NCBI GenBank assembly: GCA_003962975.1
Contig: RXKC01000014.1
Location: 898-64,897 of the forward strand
Direction of reading: 5' to 3'
DNA length: 64,000 nucleotides
Origin: Candidatus Saccharimonadota bacterium
Lineage (GTDB): Bacteria > Patescibacteriota > Saccharimonadia > Saccharimonadales > AWTP1-31
Under the pieces are notes generated by a model, which saw nothing but the letters and a program-made list of their open reading frames with translations, did no database searches and was not told the origin of the DNA. Shown piece after piece: positions 1-9,117 of the stretch (within the stretch, counting starts at the first letter, position 1; each line of letters opens with the position of its first letter). Position numbers and translations under genes: made by a program.

Positions 1-1283
1 GCAGTCAAACTGGTGCTATTGCCGGAAAACGTTTTGACTCCGCCCCAGAAGAATCGCAGTTCACCTGGGAGCCAGTTGCTGTAACAACAACTTTCATTAA
101 CGAGCGACTTGGTAGTAGTCTATCGGCTGAGATCATCCAATCATTGCTTGTGAATGTAGAGTTTGATGTTGAGATCCAGGATGAAACGGTTATTGTTACT
201 CCTCCGTTTTGGCGAAGAGATATAGAGATTCCAGAAGACATTGTAGAAGAAGTCGGACGATTACTGGGCTACGATAAACTAGACATTCACTTGCCACGAC
301 GCAGCACGGCTGCAGTTAGTAAGAATGAAAATGTCGAGTTCAAGTCGCGTCTACGAACAATATTGTCGCGAGTTGGAGCTAATGAGGTTGTGACGTATAG
401 TTTCGTATCTGGTAAGCTGCTAGAATCTGCCGGTCAGAATAAGACAGAAGCCTATCAATTGAGTAATGCACTCAGTCCTGAATTACAGTACTATCGCCTG
501 ACACTAACTCCTAGTTTATTAACAAAGATATATCCAAACATTCGCGCCGGCTACGACAGTTTTGCAATTTTTGAGTTAGGCAAAAGTCACATCAAAGGTC
601 AGGGCGTAAATGACGAAGGCTTGCCACTAGAGAACGCGTTGTTGTCATTCGTGTTTTCGGCCAATGATAGCAAGGTAGCAAAAGACGCCGGTGCTGCCTA
701 CTTTAATGCGCGCGCCTACCTGCAATACACTGCAGAGCAGCTTGGCATCACACTTGATTTCGCTCCTATAGAAACGGAACCAACCTATGAAATTACTAAA
801 CCATATGACTGGCAACGATCAGCATTGGTGACGGATCGTGCGACCGGCAATTATATCGGGATCATTGGCGAGTTCAAGGCGGTAGTAAGAAAAGCCCTCA
901 AACTGCCAGTCCACACAGCTGGGTTTGAGGTAATGCTGCAACCACTTCTCGAGTCTTCACAAACCCTTTATACCTATAGTCCTTTGTCGCGTTTTCCTGG
1001 CATAACGCAGGACATAAGCTTCAAGACCGACAAAAGCCAGACGTATGGACAGCTTGCTGAAACGCTTGATAAAGCAGTGACTGATCTATCAGCAGAACAA
1101 GGCTTCCGTACCAATCTGTCGCCAGTAGACATTTATCATAAAGATAAGAGTCCACAAAAACACATGACTTTTCGACTAGCGCTCACTCATCCAGAGCGTA
1201 CATTGACAACGACTGAGGTGAATGCCTTCATTGACACGGTTGTGCAAGCAGTAGAATCAAAAGTAGACGTAAAAAGAATATAG
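1..1283 (+). CDS. pheT: Phenylalanine--tRNA ligase beta subunit, C-terminal part; the 5' end lies outside the window
   Basis: The frame starting at nt 3 is open from the window edge with no stop before 144. The translation has the B5-domain-like segment (PPFWRRDIEIPEDIVEEVGRLLGYDKL), a class II-like core and a C-terminal anticodon-binding-like domain typical of PheT. Confidence 0.9.
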   Translation, partial: SQTGAIAGKRFDSAPEESQFTWEPVAVTTTFINERLGSSLSAEIIQSLLVNVEFDVEIQDETVIVTPPFWRRDIEIPEDIVEEVGRLLGYDKLDIHLPRRSTAAVSKNENVEFKSRLRTILSRVGANEVVTYSFVSGKLLESAGQNKTEAYQLSNALSPELQYYRLTLTPSLLTKIYPNIRAGYDSFAIFELGKSHIKGQGVNDEGLPLENALLSFVFSANDSKVAKDAGAAYFNARAYLQYTAEQLGITLDFAPIETEPTYEITKPYDWQRSALVTDRATGNYIGIIGEFKAVVRKALKLPVHTAGFEVMLQPLLESSQTLYTYSPLSRFPGITQDISFKTDKSQTYGQLAETLDKAVTDLSAEQGFRTNLSPVDIYHKDKSPQKHMTFRLALTHPERTLTTTEVNAFIDTVVQAVESKVDVKRI

Positions 1284-1287
1284 TTCT

Positions 1288-1740
1288 ATGAAGCGCGCTG
1301 CAAGAGCCATTATTATCAAGGACGATAATATTTTGGTCATGCGACGCGACAAGTTCGGCAGGCAATACTTCATCCTGATAGGTGGTCAGGTACATCTAGG
1401 CGAAAGTCTCGAGCATGCCTTGCTGCGTGAGATCCACTTTGAAACAATGGTGCGTACTGCTAATCACAAGCTTGTCTATATTGAACATGCTGAAGCACCA
1501 TACGGAGACCAATATATCTATCTGTGCGAGTATATTTCTGGTGTACCGGTACTGCACCCAGAGGCTGGCGAGCGTCAAATTAATGCTGGTGGCGACAACA
1601 CTTATACACCTCTTTGGTTGCCGCTTTCTCAACTCGACAATGTTGCTTTCAGATCAGAGAAGCTCAAACGTAAACTGTTGCGCCATACGCAGCAAGGTTT
1701 CCCGACAATTGTGCAGGAATTTAGCTCTACCATTGACTAA
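1288..1740 (+). CDS. NUDIX hydrolase
   Basis: 150 aa with a Nudix-box-like segment GGQVHLGESLEHALLREIHFET. It starts 4 nt after the pheT stop. Confidence 0.75.
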   Translation: MKRAARAIIIKDDNILVMRRDKFGRQYFILIGGQVHLGESLEHALLREIHFETMVRTANHKLVYIEHAEAPYGDQYIYLCEYISGVPVLHPEAGERQINAGGDNTYTPLWLPLSQLDNVAFRSEKLKRKLLRHTQQGFPTIVQEFSSTID

Positions 1741-1782
1741 AGCTTGCTATACTAAATTGGTACGACTAAAACGAGGGGATAT

Positions 1783-2337
1783 ATGGCAGCAAACAATATG
1801 GGCCAACGTGTTGGCGCAATTGTCTTGGCGGTAACTTTTTTGCTCACATCAATAGGCTTCAGTGGCCTTGTGATCTGGCAAATACATAAGGACAACCAGC
1901 AGAAGAAGACAAGCGAAAACCAAGCAAACAATCAATCAGAACAGCAAGAACCACAGGGGGATACTTTGGCCGGAACAGATCTTACAGACTTTACTCCAGT
2001 TAGTAAAATTAACGAACTAGAGAAAATCGATACAAAAGTTGGTGACGGCGATGAAGTGAAGCCAGGCGACACTATAACTGCGCACTACACAGGTGCAGTT
2101 GCTGCAACTGGCAAGATTTTTCAAAGCTCACTTGATAGTGGTCAGCCAGTAGCATTTAGCTTAAGCGGTGTCATCAAGGGTTGGACTGATGGCGTTCCAG
2201 GCATGAAGGTAGGCGGTAAACGACGTTTACTCATACCAGCTGCTCAAGCGTATGGTGCAAATCCACCTTCTGGCTCAAACATTCCAGCCAACGCAGACTT
2301 GGTCTTTGATATCGAGCTCGTCAAAATTGGCGAATAA
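1783..2337 (+). CDS. FKBP-type peptidyl-prolyl cis-trans isomerase, N-terminally membrane-anchored
   Basis: C-terminal FKBP domain (ITAHYTGAVAATGKIFQSS...GVIKGWTDGVPGMKVGGKRRLLIPAAQAYG...LVFDIELVKI), an N-terminal hydrophobic helix, and a GAGGGG RBS upstream. Confidence 0.9.
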   Translation: MAANNMGQRVGAIVLAVTFLLTSIGFSGLVIWQIHKDNQQKKTSENQANNQSEQQEPQGDTLAGTDLTDFTPVSKINELEKIDTKVGDGDEVKPGDTITAHYTGAVAATGKIFQSSLDSGQPVAFSLSGVIKGWTDGVPGMKVGGKRRLLIPAAQAYGANPPSGSNIPANADLVFDIELVKIGE

Positions 2338-2383
2338 GCTTAGATTGTCCGAAAAAGCTGTCGAAAACACAATATATAGCGTA

Positions 2384-2413
2384 TTGACGTCAAGCACAAG
2401 CACTAGTTATACT
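2384..2413 (+). promoter_or_regulatory. Sigma70-like promoter for the glutaredoxin-trxB pair
   Basis: TTGACG (2384-2389), an 18-nt spacer, then TATACT (2408-2413). An AAGGGAG RBS precedes the ATG at 2462. Confidence 0.4.
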
Positions 2414-2461
2414 AAGATAACCTCACAAACAAACAACTAAAAAACCTAAGGGAGACAAGTC

Positions 2462-2710
2462 ATGGCAAAAGATATTACGATATTTACAACTAACACGTGC
2501 GCTTACTGCGTAATGGTCAAAAAGTGGCTCGGAGCAAAAGGCCATAACTACCAAGAAGTAAATCTCGACCAGCATCCTGAACGACAAAAAGAAGCTTTTG
2601 AAGTAAGCGGTCAACTGGCCGTGCCGGTCACAGTCATTACTAAAGAAGATGACTCAAAAGAAGTAGTCGTTGGATATAATCTCGCTAAGCTTGCCTCAGC
2701 TGTTTCATAG
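2462..2710 (+). CDS. Glutaredoxin-like protein (NrdH/YruB type)
   Basis: 82 aa with a CAYC redox motif near the N-terminus in a thioredoxin-fold context. It lies directly upstream of trxB. Confidence 0.8.
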   Translation: MAKDITIFTTNTCAYCVMVKKWLGAKGHNYQEVNLDQHPERQKEAFEVSGQLAVPVTVITKEDDSKEVVVGYNLAKLASAVS

Positions 2711-2730
2711 CTTAATCTGGAGATTCTTGT

Positions 2731-3705
2731 ATGGCGGATAACAAAGAAGTCCTGGACGCAACTGCTCACGAAGTGTGGGACGTCGTCATGGTAGGTGCCG
2801 GTCCTGCAGCGTTAAGTGCTGCTGTGTACACAACTCGTGAAGACATAACGACACTTTTGTTTGAAAAAGGCGTTATTGGTGGACTTGCCGCCATAACTGA
2901 CTGGGTAGATAACTATCCTGGTTTTCCCAAAGGTATTGCTGGATTGGATTTGGCTGAGAACCTCCGTCTGCAAGCAGAACGATTCGGAGCAGTCATTGAA
3001 CTCGGCGAAGTCCTCAGTATTGCTGATAAAGGCGACCACAAAGAGCTCGATACTACGAGCGGACTAATCAAGGCTCGAACCGTACTCATTGCTACAGGCA
3101 GCGACTATAAGAAAATTGGTGTGCCTGGAGAAGAAGAATACTATGCCCGGGGTGTTCATTATTGTGCGACCTGCGATGGAGCCTTTTACCGTGACAAACG
3201 GCTCGTTGTTGTGGGTGGTGGAAATTCTGCTGTTCAAGAAGCAATCTTCTTAACGCGCTTCGCATCCCACATTGACCTACTGGTACGCGGTGATTCATTC
3301 CGTGCCAGCGATGTGCTTGTAAAGGAACTTGATAAACATAAGGACAAAATTAGCGTCCACATGCAGCATACGACTGATGAAATAGTTGGTAAGGATAACT
3401 TGGTGACCCATGTTGTAAGCACTAATAAAGCGATCGGCGAAAAAGTTGAGTTTAAAACGGACGGTGTATTTATCTTTGTCGGTCTATCGCCAAACACCGC
3501 TTTTCTTAAGGACGGCAAGGTCGAGCTCGACGAAATTGGGCTTGTCAAAACCAACCACGAACTAGAAACAACAATCAAAGGCATCTATGCAGCTGGCGAT
3601 GTTCGCAGCGGCGCCACTATGCAAATCGCTAGTGCCACCGGCGAAGGTGCGACCGCAGCTCTTAAGATACGCGAGTACATCGACGACCAAAATATGGGCG
3701 CATAG
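2731..3705 (+). CDS. trxB: Thioredoxin-disulfide reductase
   Basis: GAGPAA FAD-binding motif, CATCDG redox-active site, GGGNSA NADPH-binding motif; 324 aa. Confidence 0.92.
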   Translation: MADNKEVLDATAHEVWDVVMVGAGPAALSAAVYTTREDITTLLFEKGVIGGLAAITDWVDNYPGFPKGIAGLDLAENLRLQAERFGAVIELGEVLSIADKGDHKELDTTSGLIKARTVLIATGSDYKKIGVPGEEEYYARGVHYCATCDGAFYRDKRLVVVGGGNSAVQEAIFLTRFASHIDLLVRGDSFRASDVLVKELDKHKDKISVHMQHTTDEIVGKDNLVTHVVSTNKAIGEKVEFKTDGVFIFVGLSPNTAFLKDGKVELDEIGLVKTNHELETTIKGIYAAGDVRSGATMQIASATGEGATAALKIREYIDDQNMGA

Positions 3706-3751
3706 CGCTTATGCTATACTGACGGTAACAATAAGAAAAGGTTACCTATCA

Positions 3752-4370
3752 ATGGCAAAAACACCTCGCTCAGCCCCTGTGCGTGTTCAAAATAAAAATA
3801 CTAAAACGAAGCCACAGTTGAGCAGAAAAGTCCAACTGCTCATAGCTGGTGTATTGTTTGCTGTTGTGGGTGCTACCATTGTTGCTCTTCCAGTGCTTCA
3901 GATCCATCAGCCGTACCGGTAGGTATTATAAAAAGCCAGTATCCATACCCATCTAATGCTATCTTTGTAGCGCCAAACGGTAATACAGGCGCTGTCGGTA
4001 ATCAAGCCACGCCACTTCGAACGCTTAAGGAAGCTATCCAAAAATCTCCGACAGGCGGAACTATCGTTATGCGAGCAGGTGTGTACCGTGAAGAGCTCGG
4101 GACCATCACCAAGCCCGTAACCATTCAACCATATCCCAATGAAGAAGTTTGGCTAGATGGCTCAGATCCTCTCACGGGCTTAGTTCAGGACGGCAAGGCA
4201 TGGCGCAAAGACGGCTGGACAGCTGGTAATGCAATCACGCCGATGCCCGCAATGCGCCCGAAATTCGTGCCCAAGGTTTTGATGTTAGACTTGATTGGCC
4301 AACAATCGAAACCGATGCGCTTCGCGCAAAGATGAACGCCGCACGTGCCGCCGGCATTGGCCCTCGTTAA
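3752..4370 (+). pseudogene. Remnant of a signal-anchored right-handed beta-helix (DUF1565/pectate-lyase-like) protein, frameshifted and internally deleted
   Basis: The ATG at 3752 gives a TM anchor (LLIAGVLFAVVGATIVALPVL) that ends at a TAG at 3920-3922. The adjacent frame continues with ...SDPSAVPVGIIKSQYPYPSNAIFVAPNGNTGAVGNQATPLRTLKEAIQKSPTGGTIVMRAGVYRE..., a typical N-terminus for this family. A third frame then carries a plausible C-terminal tail (...TIETDALRAKMNAARAAGIGPR*). The total is far shorter than intact family members. Confidence 0.5.
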
Positions 4371-4374
4371 GTGC

Positions 4375-5049
4375 CTAAGCAGGGTAGCCAGGGAAGTAAT
4401 CAGTGATTAACTGATCCTGAGTCATTCCGAATTGGGACTTGAACTCATCCACAATTGCTTCTGTCATCGGTTCTGGGCCTGAAATAAACAACTGTTTACC
4501 TTCAATACCTTGTACGACATCAACAATATGCTGTGCGCTCAGTCTGGACTGACCAACAAATAAGTACTTTTCTATAAACGACTGTTGAAAAACTTGACTG
4601 AATATCTGGTCACTTTCTGTTTTTACGCTGTAAAGAAATTGAATGTTACGTTCTTCTTTCTTATCAAGTAACGATTGAACAATTGCGTGGAAAGGCGTAA
4701 TTCCTATTCCACCGGCGACAAAGACCAAGGGCGTCTGAGGATTTATAGGCAACACAAAGTCACCCATAGGCTCGCTGATCTCTAGTGTATCCCCAGTCTT
4801 TAGCGATAGCAGAACTTGCTTGAAGCTGCTAGACTGCTCAGCGCGTCTCGTCGTAATTGACACAAGTTCATGACCAGGAGCTGAAGAAAGTGTAAACCAT
4901 CGCCTAATACCACGTTCATCAGCGTTTGCATGAGGCAGAGTGATCTCGATAAACTGTCCAGCTACGTACCTCATCATTGTTTCTGGTCGAAAATAGAATG
5001 TCTGTATAGACTCATTCTCTTGCTGAACATGATGTAATGTAGCCTGCAC
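4375..5049 (-). CDS. Ferredoxin-NADP reductase-like FAD/NAD(P)-binding oxidoreductase
   Basis: RWFTLSS (RxYS-type FAD motif) and GGIGITPF (NAD-binding motif); 224 aa. It follows the GlpQ gene on the minus strand with a 2-nt gap. Confidence 0.75.
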   Translation of the reverse strand: MQATLHHVQQENESIQTFYFRPETMMRYVAGQFIEITLPHANADERGIRRWFTLSSAPGHELVSITTRRAEQSSSFKQVLLSLKTGDTLEISEPMGDFVLPINPQTPLVFVAGGIGITPFHAIVQSLLDKKEERNIQFLYSVKTESDQIFSQVFQQSFIEKYLFVGQSRLSAQHIVDVVQGIEGKQLFISGPEPMTEAIVDEFKSQFGMTQDQLITDYFPGYPA

Positions 5050-5051
5050 AA

Positions 5052-5735
5052 CTAAACCCGCTTTTGCAGAAACTTCATTTGGTGTGGGTGATCAGTAGTA
5101 ATGCTAATACTTGGATAGAGTTTTCGAAGTAGTCGAGCCTGCCACGGTTTGTTGACAGTATAGACGACGACTTCCAATTTGTGCCGCCTTGCCAACCAAT
5201 AGGCAAGCGGATTAAGTGTCCAGAAGTTTACATCTATTCCATTAAAGTTGTACACGCGTGCGGCGTTAATCGCATCAAAAGCATTTTTATGTTCAAGTAC
5301 ATAGACAGGAATTTCTGGACACAACTGTGAAAAGGCATGTAATGCTTGATGGTCAAACGAAATAACGGTAACCCTTTTCTTGGCCGGAAACTTTTTCAGT
5401 AATACAGCAAGTGGCTCTGCCCACGTTTCGCGCTTTCCTTCAATAATCAGCTGTTTAGTGCCTGCTGCTTCCAACGCTTGAGCGAGTGTTGGTACACGAT
5501 GGCCTTCAGGCGACTGAATCTTCCTAATTTCTGCTGCCCTCATGTCGCGTACTTTACGATTTACCCCATGTGTTCTTTTTAGATTGGCGTCATGCGACAG
5601 TACCAGTTTGCCATCTGATGAAACCCTGACATCAAACTCAATAGCGTCGGCGTTAGATCGTGCGCCTTGCTTTATTGCTTCTATGGTATTTTCCGGTGCT
5701 AGTCCTGCTGCACCACGGTGGCTTATAACCCTCAT
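5052..5735 (-). CDS. Glycerophosphodiester phosphodiesterase
   Basis: The N-terminal ISHRGAAGLAPENT...EFDVRVSSDGKLVLSHD is the GDPD family signature. Confidence 0.85.
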   Translation of the reverse strand: MRVISHRGAAGLAPENTIEAIKQGARSNADAIEFDVRVSSDGKLVLSHDANLKRTHGVNRKVRDMRAAEIRKIQSPEGHRVPTLAQALEAAGTKQLIIEGKRETWAEPLAVLLKKFPAKKRVTVISFDHQALHAFSQLCPEIPVYVLEHKNAFDAINAARVYNFNGIDVNFWTLNPLAYWLARRHKLEVVVYTVNKPWQARLLRKLYPSISITTDHPHQMKFLQKRV

Positions 5736-5792
5736 TCTTGTATATAGTGTACAATATTACTGATTAAATTCAGATATAACGAGGAGATTGCA

Positions 5793-6326
5793 GTGGCAGA
5801 TTTTAACAAAATTCTAGATGCTGGTGATGTTGACGGTGGAGTTATTACCGTCGTAAACGAAATTCCGATGGGCTCTAAACTAAAAATTGAATGGAACCGT
5901 AAGAAAGCAATTTTTGAGCTAGACCGTGTGGAACCTGGTATTTTTGCAAAACCATGTAACTACGGCTTCATTCCACAAACCCTTGACGACGATGGTGATG
6001 AACTCGACATTCTCCTTATCTGTGATGAACCAGTGCCAACTGGCGTTACACTAGAAGCTCGCGTTATTGGCATTATGAACTTCGAAGACGACAGTGAAAT
6101 GGATCACAAAGTCGTCGTTGTGCCTGCAGACGATCGCAGTACCGGTGATGCAATTAAGAGCCTCGAAGATCTGCCAGAACAATGGCTTAAGCAAGTTGAA
6201 CACCACTTCAGCCACTATAAAGACCTTAAGAAGCCCGGCAGCACCAAAGTGCTTGGCTGGGGTAACGTAGATGAAGCCAAAGCGACAATCAAGGAATGCC
6301 AAGAGCGTTGGACAAAAGAGGCCTAG
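5793..6326 (+). CDS. ppa: Inorganic pyrophosphatase, family I
   Basis: NYGFIPQTLDDDGDELDILL and a DHKVVVVP core; 177 aa; GTG start preceded by GAGGAG. Confidence 0.92.
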   Translation: MADFNKILDAGDVDGGVITVVNEIPMGSKLKIEWNRKKAIFELDRVEPGIFAKPCNYGFIPQTLDDDGDELDILLICDEPVPTGVTLEARVIGIMNFEDDSEMDHKVVVVPADDRSTGDAIKSLEDLPEQWLKQVEHHFSHYKDLKKPGSTKVLGWGNVDEAKATIKECQERWTKEA

Positions 6327-7262
6327 ATGCCTCGAATTGTTGTCACCGCTGGTAGAGATTACTTAGATATTGACGCATATGGTGGCATTGTGGCATATGG
6401 AGAACTCCTACAGTGCCTTGGACAAGCTAGCGTTGCTATCAGTACCGCCCCCACGAATGGGAGCGTCACCCAACCCTTAAAGCAGATGGCGGTCAGCCTG
6501 GAAACACGCTACACGGCTGAAGATAATGATTCTTTTGTTGTCATTGATCTATCTGACCCTGACTTCTTTGATAGTTTTGTTACTGCCGACAACGTGATAA
6601 GCGTTATCGATCACCACGCCGGTTTTGAACAATACTGGATAGATAAGATTGGGTCAGAGGCTCGTATTGAATTCGTTGGGGCAGCATGCACTCTTGTATA
6701 TGAAGCATGGCAACAAGCAAAAGTTGCCGAGAAAATGTCAAAACAGTCAGCCACACTCCTCGCTGCTGGGATAATTGATAACACCCTTAATTTTAAAGCT
6801 CAGCTTACAACAGACCGTGACCGGGATGCGTATATCTGGCTTGCAAAACACGCTGAGTTATCTCCGACATGGGCGCATGAGTACCTCGAAGATTGCCAAG
6901 CAGAACTATTGTCAGATTTAAGAACCAATCTTATAAATGACACAAAACACATTACCTACCCCGGAGATGGCGAAAAGACAATGATTGGGCAAATCGCAGT
7001 CCTTGATGCAAAAACATTTCTCGATGAGTACTCTACGGAGATTACTAACGTACTCTCAGATGGAACTAGCAAGTGGTATCTTAATCTCCTTAATCTTACG
7101 AGTGGGCAAAGTTACTTTTATACAAACGACACCGCAACAAAACTCTGGTTACAAAAACTTTTGGGTGTTACATTTAGTGAAGATCTGGCTGTAGCCAAAA
7201 CACTATGGTTACGCAAAGAAATTTACAAGAAAGCGCTTGATGAAGAAAATAGTTCCAAATAA
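6327..7262 (+). CDS. DHH/DHHA2-like phosphoesterase (family II pyrophosphatase-like architecture)
   Basis: DIDAYGG (DxD), VIDHHAG (DHH motif) and a GIIDNTLNFK segment, collinear with PpaC-type proteins. It starts immediately after the ppa stop. Confidence 0.7.
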   Translation: MPRIVVTAGRDYLDIDAYGGIVAYGELLQCLGQASVAISTAPTNGSVTQPLKQMAVSLETRYTAEDNDSFVVIDLSDPDFFDSFVTADNVISVIDHHAGFEQYWIDKIGSEARIEFVGAACTLVYEAWQQAKVAEKMSKQSATLLAAGIIDNTLNFKAQLTTDRDRDAYIWLAKHAELSPTWAHEYLEDCQAELLSDLRTNLINDTKHITYPGDGEKTMIGQIAVLDAKTFLDEYSTEITNVLSDGTSKWYLNLLNLTSGQSYFYTNDTATKLWLQKLLGVTFSEDLAVAKTLWLRKEIYKKALDEENSSK

Positions 7263-7839
7263 CGCCGTTCTTATCCCTAACAACGCTCAACGTGTATTCA
7301 AGGGTGTTATCTATGATGTCTACCAGTGGCCACAAGAAATGTTCGATGGTAGTACCAAGACATTCGAAATGCTAAAACGCGCTGATACGGTAGAGATTAT
7401 TGCGGTTCATGACGATAAGCTTGTGGTTCTGAATGAAGAACAGCCACACCTGCCGCTTCACTACACATTGCCTGCAGGACGTCATGATGTGCCCGGCGAG
7501 ACCGAACTCGAGGCTGCCAAAAGAGAACTGCTTGAAGAGACTGGTATGGTATTTCGAGACTGGAAGCTCTTAAGTGTCGTGCAACCATTTACGAAAACCG
7601 AATGGTTTGTATATCAATTCTTAGCCACTGACAGAGTTGAAATCAAACCACAAGACGCAGAGCAAGATGGCGAAAAAATCACCGTCATGGAAAAAACATT
7701 GGCTGAAGTACAAGCAATGATTAAAGACCCACTAAATCGGTACCTGCCGGCAAAGCCACTCGCCGATATAGATTCATTTGAAGAGCTCACTTCTCGTCCT
7801 GAATTTGCAGGACAAATTGTAGACCGAAGTAATCTATGA
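7237..7839 (+). CDS. NUDIX hydrolase (ADP-ribose pyrophosphatase-like)
   Basis: Nudix box PAGRHDVPGETELEAAKRELLEETGM. The likely ATG is at 7240, and the gene overlaps the end of the DHH gene. Confidence 0.8.
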   Translation: MMKKIVPNNAVLIPNNAQRVFKGVIYDVYQWPQEMFDGSTKTFEMLKRADTVEIIAVHDDKLVVLNEEQPHLPLHYTLPAGRHDVPGETELEAAKRELLEETGMVFRDWKLLSVVQPFTKTEWFVYQFLATDRVEIKPQDAEQDGEKITVMEKTLAEVQAMIKDPLNRYLPAKPLADIDSFEELTSRPEFAGQIVDRSNL

Positions 7840-9042
7840 TTTGCTGACAAACAGATTTAAACGATAGGTACTGTAAAAACTTAACGGTGTAAGCACGGCC
7901 AGCAGCACAATACTGAGGGCTACAAACCCACTGTAGTAACCCATGGCGCCTATCACAGACATTAGGGCCAGCGGAATCCAGACTTCGTTTGCACGACCAA
8001 AAACCGACATAACAGATATTAGAGTCGCCTTGTAAGCACTATCTTTGAAAACTCTAAGCAAGTGATACTGATACATGATGTTACGAAGCCTGAAAATCCC
8101 CATATTAATCCAGAACAGCGCTATGGCTAGCCACAGATTCTTCGTAAGTCCGATAATGGCGAAAAGGCTGGCCGAAGTAAGCAGGTCAAGCAAAATAAAG
8201 AATCTCAAAGACCTGTTGCGCAAATGGTGGATAAAATATCCGCCAATAATACCTAGAATGCTTCCTCCGACATAGGCTATACCCATAAACTGCGGATCAA
8301 GCCCCATGTCTTTCAAAGAAAGATTCAAAAAGTCAGATGTTGCGCTCAATGAAGACAGCAGACCAATACACAAAAAGACCGCTACCGTAAACCGGTTCAC
8401 AAACACCCGAAAACTTTTGTACAAATCGACTGCAAAATTGTGTTTAGTCTGTGACACTATGCGCTCTGGCTCATGCATTCCAAGAACAATAAAGAATAAT
8501 GCCGCATAACAAAGGGCACCAATAATAAATGGGTAGCTAGGATCTACCGTATAAGTAAGCGGAACTAACAGAACAAGTGCCGTATTTCCTATGAGTCCTA
8601 ATGATTGCGCACGTCCGGCAATTTTAGGGTAATCATCGACGCGGTCCAAATTATGTAACGTGTCGTACATGAGGGCTTCGCCAGCGCCGCTTAAGAAAGA
8701 ATAAGCCAAGGACTCTAGAATTACGGCTACGATTGCGCCTTGCATACTCGGAAAGAATGCATATGTTAGCGCACCACAAACCGCTAGACTCGAGGCGAAA
8801 ATAAGAGCAAGTCGTCTGCCAAACTTGTCTGCGATAAAACCGGTAGGCACATCAGATGCGAGCGAAACAACAGCACTGAGACTAGCCAAAAGCCCAATTT
8901 CCTTTAATGTCAATCCGGCCACATCAGCAAGGTATATTGTGGTTAAGGGCAAGAAGACGCGCTTAGTAAATATCTTTAAGAAGCCATACAGCTGGATGTT
9001 ACGCTCAAGTTGTTTTTTCATCTGGATCCTATCGTAACACAA
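7834..9042 (-). CDS. MFS transporter
   Basis: About 12 hydrophobic segments and a DKFGRR motif in loop 2-3. The true start may be the ATG at 9021 (MKKQLERN...). Confidence 0.8.
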   Translation of the reverse strand: MCYDRIQMKKQLERNIQLYGFLKIFTKRVFLPLTTIYLADVAGLTLKEIGLLASLSAVVSLASDVPTGFIADKFGRRLALIFASSLAVCGALTYAFFPSMQGAIVAVILESLAYSFLSGAGEALMYDTLHNLDRVDDYPKIAGRAQSLGLIGNTALVLLVPLTYTVDPSYPFIIGALCYAALFFIVLGMHEPERIVSQTKHNFAVDLYKSFRVFVNRFTVAVFLCIGLLSSLSATSDFLNLSLKDMGLDPQFMGIAYVGGSILGIIGGYFIHHLRNRSLRFFILLDLLTSASLFAIIGLTKNLWLAIALFWINMGIFRLRNIMYQYHLLRVFKDSAYKATLISVMSVFGRANEVWIPLALMSVIGAMGYYSGFVALSIVLLAVLTPLSFYSTYRLNLFVSKS

Positions 9043-9117
9043 GAGGTCGTTGCGGAGTTATGGTGAATCGGTTATGCTTGAGTATAGATAAATACTTTCA
9101 AAAGCGAGGGGTTAGGA

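Noticed and set aside
3587-3751. The ORF-track start at 3587 for the small anchored protein, overlapping the 3' end of trxB.
   Set aside because: The overlapping part is the out-of-frame translation of trxB. The ATG at 3752, after the trxB stop, is the sensible start of the now decayed gene.
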